From assembly GCA_950097015.1 (NCBI GenBank), contig CATNEN010000037.1:3348001-3412000 (forward strand): a stretch of 64,000 nt of DNA, given 5' to 3'. Below are positions 56,830-64,000 of the stretch, piece after piece. The first letter of the stretch is position 1; every line of letters begins with the position of its first letter. The position numbers and the translations under genes were made by a program. This stretch comes from Macrostomum hystrix. Its lineage: Eukaryota; Animalia; Platyhelminthes. The notes under the pieces are model-generated. The model was not told where the DNA came from. It saw only the letters and a list, made by a program, of their open reading frames with translations, and did not search any database.

Positions 56830-57730
56830 CTTCTTTCCTGCGTTTTCCACTTCCGTTTCCCTGGTCCGATTCCTTTTGAATATCCCTGGTCCGTTTCCTT
56901 GAACAGTTTCCCTGGTCCGATTGCTTCAACAGTTTTCCTGGTCCGATTCCTTCTTCCGATTCCTTCAAAAGTTTCCCTGGTCCGATTCCTTCTTCCGTTT
57001 TCTTGTTCCGATTCCTTGGTCCGATTCTTTCTTCCGTTTCCTTGGTCTTTTTCCTACTTATATTTCCTTGGTCTGATTCCTTCTTCCGTTTCCCCTGGTC
57101 CGATTCCTTCTTCCGTTTCCCAGGTCCGATTCCTTCTTCTGTTTCCTTGGTCTATTTCCTTCTTCTGTTTCCTTGGTCTTTTTCCTTCTTATATTTCCTT
57201 GGTACGATTCCTTCTTCCGTTTCCTTGGTCCGATTCCTTCTTCCGTTTCCCCTGGTCCGATTCCTTCTTCCGTTCCCCTGGTCCGATTCCTTCTTCCGTT
57301 CCCCTGGTCCGATTCCTTCTTCCGTTCCCCTGGTCCGATTCCTTCTTCCGTTCCCCTGGTCCGATTCCTTCTTCCGTTCCCCTGGTCCGATTCCTTCTTC
57401 CGTTCCCCTGGTCCGATTCCTTCTTCCGTTCCCCTGGTCCGATTCCTTCTTCCGTTCCCCTGGTCCGATTCCTTCTTCCGTTCCCCTGGTCCGATTCCTT
57501 CTTCCGTTCCCCTGGTCCGATTCCTTCTTCCGTTCCCCTGGTCCGATTCCTTCTTCCGTTTCCTCGGTCCGATTCCTTCTTCCGTTTCCTTGGTCCGATT
57601 CCTTCTTCCGTTTCCTTGGTCCGATTCCTTCTTCCGTTTCCTTGGTCCGATTCCTTCTTCCGTTTCCTTGGTCCGGTTCCTTCCTCTATTTCCTTGGTCC
57701 GATTCCTTTTTTTCCTTTCCCTGGTCCGGC
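56830..57730. repeat. 26-bp pyrimidine-rich minisatellite (CCGATTCCTTCTTCCGTTCCCCTGGT)n
   Basis: Direct reading; perfect core 57250-57550 with degenerate flanks. Confidence 0.95.
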
Positions 57731-58849
57731 TTGTTTTCCGATTCCATCATTTGTGCCCGCATCTCCCAGTTGAGTCCACCAGCTCGTACTCATCTCATCC
57801 TTTGACCTGAACTCGAAGCGGCAGCAGCTAAATCACAAGTGGACAAGAGCGGCGGAACTGAAGCAGAAATTGAGAGGAGGAGAGAACGGCGGCGCGGGCC
57901 AATGGACTTGGAGGTGGGCAGATGTTCTACGAGAGGACCGCTTGTGGCACAGCCAGTAGAGAGATTAAGCAATGACGCAGAAGTGACGAATTGGGTGAAA
58001 CTCGCACGGCTGCAGGCCCGAGTAAAGAAATAAATGAGAGAGAGAGAGGAACGGAAGCCAGTAGTGATCGAGTTGGCGCCTTCGCGAGAGAAACAGCTCT
58101 AAGTTCTAAGCTGAAGATAATTTTTAACGGATTAAAGCAGAAGAGAGCAGCAAAGCATTTAGCGGTGCTTTTGTTCCACTTGTGAGAAGTACAAAAGGTA
58201 AGTTGGGATCTTGCTGAGATTGCATATCAGTTTCTTCTAGGAGATTCTCAGTGTGACAGCTGACCTCTTCTGCGCCAGAAAGCATGGGAATTTGGGAATT
58301 TGGTCAGCGAGGAACGGAGGGGGGGTGGGGCGGCTTAGCGGCCGAGGCTATTCAGCAAATCTGTGGGATTACACTGCAGCTGTAAAGCCCTATCCTGTAT
58401 ACATTGTGTAGGCAAGGGGCTTCTATAAAGCAGGCCTTTCTATGGCAGATAATTCTATGCTGAATAGTATGTTGCTATGCATAATGCGACCCATACTTAC
58501 ACAATATCTGTTTTTTTCTCAGACGCCAATAACAGAGGAGAAAGTTGAGTTAGATTTGTCCATCCCGGTTGTCGACTCAGACCTGCTCTGAAAATTCGGC
58601 TATTCTAAGCAATCTATATTTTCCCTCGTTGAGTTGGCTCACACACACACACAGCTTCAGCATCAACTGGGTGAAGCCAGCTTGTCAAGCATTTGATAAG
58701 GCCATAGGATATTTGGGGAAGTCAGACACTGGAGAAATGTCAGAAAAAAACAAGGATTTGTCTCCTAGAAACTAGGAAAGTCAAAGACGAAAACTGATAC
58801 GCTAGAATCGGGTGGGCTAGCATTCTTAGGGTATAATCAGTGGTCAAGA

Positions 58850-59195
58850 GGGGAGATTTAAACGGGGGATATTTAAAAGGGGAGATTTAAACGGGGCGAC
58901 TTAAAATGGGAGACTTTAATGGAAGATTTAAAAGGGGATTTTTAAAGCGGGATATTTAAAAGGATAGATTTAAAAGGGGAGATTTTTATGCGATTTTTAA
59001 AGGGGATTTTTTAAAGGGTAGATTTAAAGGGGGGATTTAAAAGTGGAGATTTTAAAGGGGGAGATTTAAAAGGATAGATTTAAAAGGGGAGATTTTAATG
59101 CGATTTTTTAAAGGGTAGATTTAAAAGTAGAGATTTAAAAGGATAGATTTAAAAGGGGAGATTTAAAAGGGGAGATTTAAAAGGGGAGAATTAAA
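58850..59195. repeat. Degenerate repeat of about 14 bp (GGGGAGATTTAAAA)n
   Basis: Direct reading. Confidence 0.85.
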
Positions 59196-61044
59196 ATGGC
59201 GCATTGAAAATGAAATGTTACGCATGAAAGAATCGATTTGAAAAAGCGGTAAGGAAAAATTGGCGATAGGAGACATAGGAAACGGCGATAGGGCGTTTTA
59301 GGAATATTTAACGGTCAGAAGTTAAGTAGGAAAATAAAAGTAAAAACACAGAGTGGAAAATCTGATCGGAATGACAGATCGATTAATCGTTAGAAAGTCA
59401 AGACCGAATGCTTTGTTGACAAGAATTGAAAAAAATTTAGTGACATGTTGTTGCCATGCTGAATTCTGAATGAACAGCCGAATAATCATTAAACCCGCTG
59501 CCCTGACATCGTGCCGAGAATCGAATTGCAAACTCGCAGCCTGCTCTGGGTCGGAATTCGGAGCAATGATGTGGTGAAATATTTCTTAAATTGGGAATAA
59601 AAAATGACTGCGCGACACAGCAGAGAAGGGCAGCGTTCTGACAGCCCTCGGGGGGGGTAAATAGGAATTCATAGGACTGTACGAGCCACTGGTGGTATTT
59701 TGGAGTCAAGAGTCATTAGAACGACACGGAACCTGCATTAATATATGTAAGATCGAAGCCAGTTGGAAATGCAAATTTCTCCTTTGCTCCTGCGCCCTCT
59801 CCACAATGTCCATTGAGGTCAGGAATTGCTGTTTCTGGTGTCGTTCTAAAGAAATTCTCTTCTATTTAATTTTATTTTATCCTTACGCACTACTGTACGA
59901 CTTGCAGTAGTAAGCTGCGCAAGTAGCAAGGTACGATTTTACTTCAACTATGCGCTAATTTATATACGTTAATAGCTAAAATAGCCCAAGGTAAACAATG
60001 CATGATAGATCGGAAAATTGCTTGCAATAAAACTAATTTCTATGCTCTATAGGGAGCAAGAAGCAAATGGAATGCGAATCGAATAAAATGATAAGTTTGT
60101 TGAGCAGTGGGGAAACGATATTAAACGGCTGACTGGTTTGAGTTCGACCTTGTCACTTCGAAGCATTGTCAGGCAGACTCAGCCAGTCGTGAATCAATTG
60201 CCGTGATTGGAATAATAATAAGAATTGCGCCAGGATCAGAGGATCAGAGGGGATTTGAAAATCTCTACCCCCCTCTCTATTTGAGGCTCTGTTCCTTACA
60301 CGATCCATTGCGCCCATCTTAGGATGGGTCTCTGAGCTGCCAGGGCAGTGACGGAAGAGGTATCGACGCCTGAATTAGCCCCCCCGCCCAATTGAATAAT
60401 GCATGCTGATGGGGAGGGCCAAACCCCCTGGCGCTTAGCAAACAGCTCAACCGCACAAAACAAGCTGCCAGCGGCGCCAGCCTTGGCGGAGTGGGGTGGG
60501 TTGGCAGCCACAGGACTGCAATCCTGGCTGCTGCTGGGGGGAGGTGATTGCGAGTTGGGAAAAAGTTGCGCTACGTTTGGGCGGGGGGGGGACACGCGGT
60601 GTTGGCAGAATTGGGAATCGCGCTCAGCAACCAGGCAACAACGATCATTTCTTTTTTCCTTGTCTTCCGGAGCACTTCCGGCAACGTTGAAGTTGAAGAG
60701 ACGGTGGACTGAGAATAATAGAACTGCATGAGACCGATCGACTCCTGACTGATTTAACGCCGTTTCCTCAGCCTCATAGAGGCTGGGAGGTCGAGAGAGA
60801 GAATTGATTTATCCCCTCTGCTCTGTGAGCAGCAACCACACACTCCCCCTCCGCCTGATCCGCCTCGCCGCGTCATTATTCGACATTCGCGCGCAGACGG
60901 CAGCGGATAAGAAGTGACCAAAGAGGAGAAGCCGAAAATATATCCCCTCTGTCGACAATCCCATTTATCCCCAATGAGTCCGGGGAGCGACATTCACCTG
61001 AGCAAAGCCAGTTTCCGAGCAGGCACCGGGTCAGGCAGACAGGC

Positions 61045-63921
61045 ATGATCCGATCAGTGCTCGAGTCGGTGTCGAGTTCCATAGAGGACTCGGCGGACTC
61101 GGAGGCGGCAGGCGAGGATGACGAAGAGCGCGACAGTTTCCTAGCTAGAATCGGACGCTCAATCAGTTTATATATGTCGCCGACGTCCTCGACCGTGAGC
61201 GGCAGTAGTGGCGCTCAGGCCAACGATTGCGAATGCGAGGACGGGGGTAAGTTTTGTCAGTGGACGGAGGCGACGAAAAATTTCCTAGTAAAAGGGGATT
61301 TCTTCAATTAGCCAGCAGCCGGAAGGCCATTTGATATTGTTGTAACACAATGTGCTATTTTGTCAAGTCTAACTTTGGATTTCTAAAAATAAGCCTAGTC
61401 GAATTGTTAATATGAGCCGTTTTATACACTTTTTTTGCATCCGCCTGTCTTAATCAGGTAATATGTATGCTTATACTATTTAATAGTACTGTATAAGAAT
61501 TAGCATTACAGCCTTTATCGCATAATATTAAGTTCTGAAGAAAATACTGCAGCTTAGTAGGTAACATGAAAGTCTAAATTTAAAACTTATAGTGTATTGC
61601 TGATAATTCCACAAAATATTTGCAGGTAATATTACAGAATCTGACAGGTAATATTACGTAATTTAGGGTAGATGGCTTAATGGGTAGAAGGCTTAATGGC
61701 AACATTATATTATTTTACAGTTTATATTACACTCTAACAAGTAATATCACACTCAAACTGGGTAATGTTAAACTCAAACCGGGTAATTTTACACTAAAAC
61801 TGAGTAATATTACACTCAAACTAGGTAATGTTGCACTCAAACTGGGTAATATTACACTCAAACTAGGTAATGTTGCACTCAAACAGGATATTATTACACT
61901 CAAACAGGATATTATTACACTCAAACTGGGTAATATTACACTCAAACTGGGTAATACTACACTCAAACTGGGTAATATTACACTCAAACTAGGTAATGTT
62001 GCACTCAAACAGGATATTATTACACTCAAACAGGATATTATTACACTCAAACTGGGTAATACTACACTCAAACTGGGTAATATTACACTCAAACTGGGTA
62101 ATACTACACTCAAACTGGGTAATACCACAATCAAACCGAGAAATATTACACTTTAGCAGGTAATACTACCGTCTCAAAGTACATGCACCTGTCATTTTCA
62201 CCGCAGATTCGCTAAGTGGTCTGCACGGCTGGCAGAAGTTGGCAAAATCGGCCACAATGTCCGGCTTCCGCGCTCTGTCCGCCAGCCTCGGCTCCGGGGT
62301 TTTCCAGCTGCCCGGCGCCCGACTGGACGAGCAAGACGAAGATGGCGACGACAGTGCTGCGGGCTGCGCCGGAGCGTCCGGGCCGACTGGCGGGCCGTCA
62401 ATTGGAGGAGCTGCCAGCTCAGTTTGGATCACACCGAAAAAGTACTCGCCGACTCACCAGAGTAAGCGATCATGGGACTCAAGTAGAATCAAGTAGACTC
62501 AAGTAGACTCATGTAGACTTGAGTCAACTGAATTAGACCCGAGTAGACTCATGTAGACTTGAGTAAACTCAATTTGACTCGATTATACTCAAGTAGACTT
62601 GAGTAGAGCCAATTGACTCGAGTAAACTCAATAGACTCGAGTAGACTCAATAGACTCGAGTAGACTCAATAGACTCGAGTAGACTCAATTGACTCGAGTA
62701 AACTCAATAGATTCGAGTAGACTCAATTGACTCGAGTAGACTCAATTGACTCGAGTAAACTCAATAGACTCGAGTAGACTCAATAGACTCGAGTAGACTC
62801 AATAGATTCGAGTAGACTCAATAGACTCGAGTAGACTCAATTGACTCGAGTAGACTCAATAGACTCGAGTAGACTCAATAGACTCGAGTAGACTCAATAG
62901 ATTCGAGTAGACTCAATAGACTCGAGTAGACTCAATAGACTGGAGTAGACTCAATAGACTGGAGTAGACTCAATAGACTCGAGTAGACTCAATAGACTTG
63001 AGTAGACTCAATAGACTGGAGTAGACTCAATAGACTCGAGTAGACTCAATAGACTCTAGTAAACTCAATAGACTCGAGTAGACTCAATAGACTCGAGTAG
63101 ACTCAATAGATTCGAGTAGACTCAATAGACTCGAGTAGACTCAATAGACTCGAGTAGACTCAATAGACTGGAGTAGACTCAATAGACTTGAGTAGACTCA
63201 ATAGACTGGAGTAGACTCAATAGACTCGAGTAGACTCAATAGACTCGAGTAGACTCAATAGACTTGAGTAGACTCAATTGACTCGAGTAAACTCAATTGA
63301 CTCGAGTAGACTCAATAGACTCGAGTAGACTCAATAGACTCGAGTAGACTCAATTGACTCGAGTAGACTCAAGTAGACTTGAGTAGAGCCAATTAGACTG
63401 AAGTAGACTCAAATTAAGTAGACTCAAATAAACTCAAGTAGAGTCTCACAGGGCCAAATCCAAGTTGTCCCACCAAAACTGCTCAGTGAAATCCCGAGCC
63501 CTCGGCCAGCTGGACCCTTCGCTCTATCTCAATGAGGACGCCGAGGAAATGTATGAGCACGCTCCGGGTCACGTCGGCCGGCTCTGGTTTGTACTCAACT
63601 ACACACCCGAGATTGAGCAGTTAGCTGTGACGGTCAGGAAAGCCAGAAATTTGCGAGTTCGCAAAGAGGCCAACAGCGGACAGCCGGGCGACTGCTATGT
63701 CAGGTCAGTTTCCATGGCGACGCATTAGCTTAGCAACGGAGCAGTTTCGCAGGAAAAAAATAAACAATGTCTCTGAAAAAATGCGAATGAAACTAGTGAC
63801 TAAAACTGACTTGCAATTAATCAACAGACTGGCCCTTGAGAATGACGAGAGGCGAGTGCACACGACTTCGGTGAAAAAGAAGACAAACAATCCTAACTTT
63901 GACGAGAAATTCTGTTTTCAG
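61045..63921 (+). CDS. Synaptotagmin-15-like C2-domain gene, partial. Exons 61045-61246, 62207-62461 (or 62441), 63442 (or 63452)-63703, 63828-63921; continues right of the window
   Basis: LGQLDPSLY...GRLWFVLNY..IEQLAVTVRKARNL...DCYV|RLALENDERRVHTTSVKKKTNNPNFDEKFCFQ|V matches the SYT15-type C2A pattern (GRLWF..EY...DERR....K.K.T.NPQFDE.F.FQV) from recall. Confidence 0.8.
61725..62160. repeat. 21-bp minisatellite (GGTAATATTACACTCAAACTG)n in SYT-like intron 1
   Basis: Direct reading. Confidence 0.93.
62475..63445. repeat. 19-bp minisatellite (GACTCAATAGACTCGAGTA)n filling SYT-like intron 2
   Basis: Direct reading, about 50 copies, each with an ACTCGAGT palindrome. Confidence 0.96.
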
Positions 63922-64000
63922 GTAAGTAGCACTTAGCTCAACATAATTAGCAGAATCTGAATCAGAATAGTAAATTTAGAATCTGACTTTTAAATCAATT

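Noticed and set aside
1459-62156. Repetitive ORFs at 1.5-2.1, 4.1, 16.0-16.7, 33.0-34.4, 42.7-43.7, 44.2-45.3, 48.1, 49.6, 55.8-57.8 and 61.7 kb
   Set aside because: All are translations of tandem arrays, and several lie inside demonstrable introns.

Overview
Eukaryotic, intron-containing invertebrate animal DNA. The innexin, plakin, GC-rich exons and minisatellite-filled introns are compatible with a free-living flatworm such as Macrostomum; the organism call is inference. Genes reconstructed by hand from splice sites and frame continuity: a plakin-family spectrin/SH3 gene (-, runs off the left edge); YJU2/CCDC94 (+); two intronless rhodopsin-like GPCRs (-); a two-exon ankyrin-repeat/polyQ/caspase fusion (+, about 705 aa, intact catalytic His and QACRG; the top finding); a 9-exon secreted protein with three tandem hemicentin/VWA7-type vWA domains (+, about 750 aa); an uncharacterised gene with a frameshift (+); a calmodulin-like gene (-); an innexin (-); and a synaptotagmin-15-like C2 gene (+, runs off the right edge). 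The 5.7-15.2 kb interval is a transposon cluster: a foldback inverted repeat, a Merlin/IS1595-type transposase, a MULE-like relic, two hAT/ZMYM1-like relics and a MITE with an 8-bp TSD. A tRNA-derived SINE occurs four times. About a quarter of the window is tandem repeat (over 20 distinct arrays, many inside introns), and these arrays account for most of the long ORFs in the supplied track, which are spurious.
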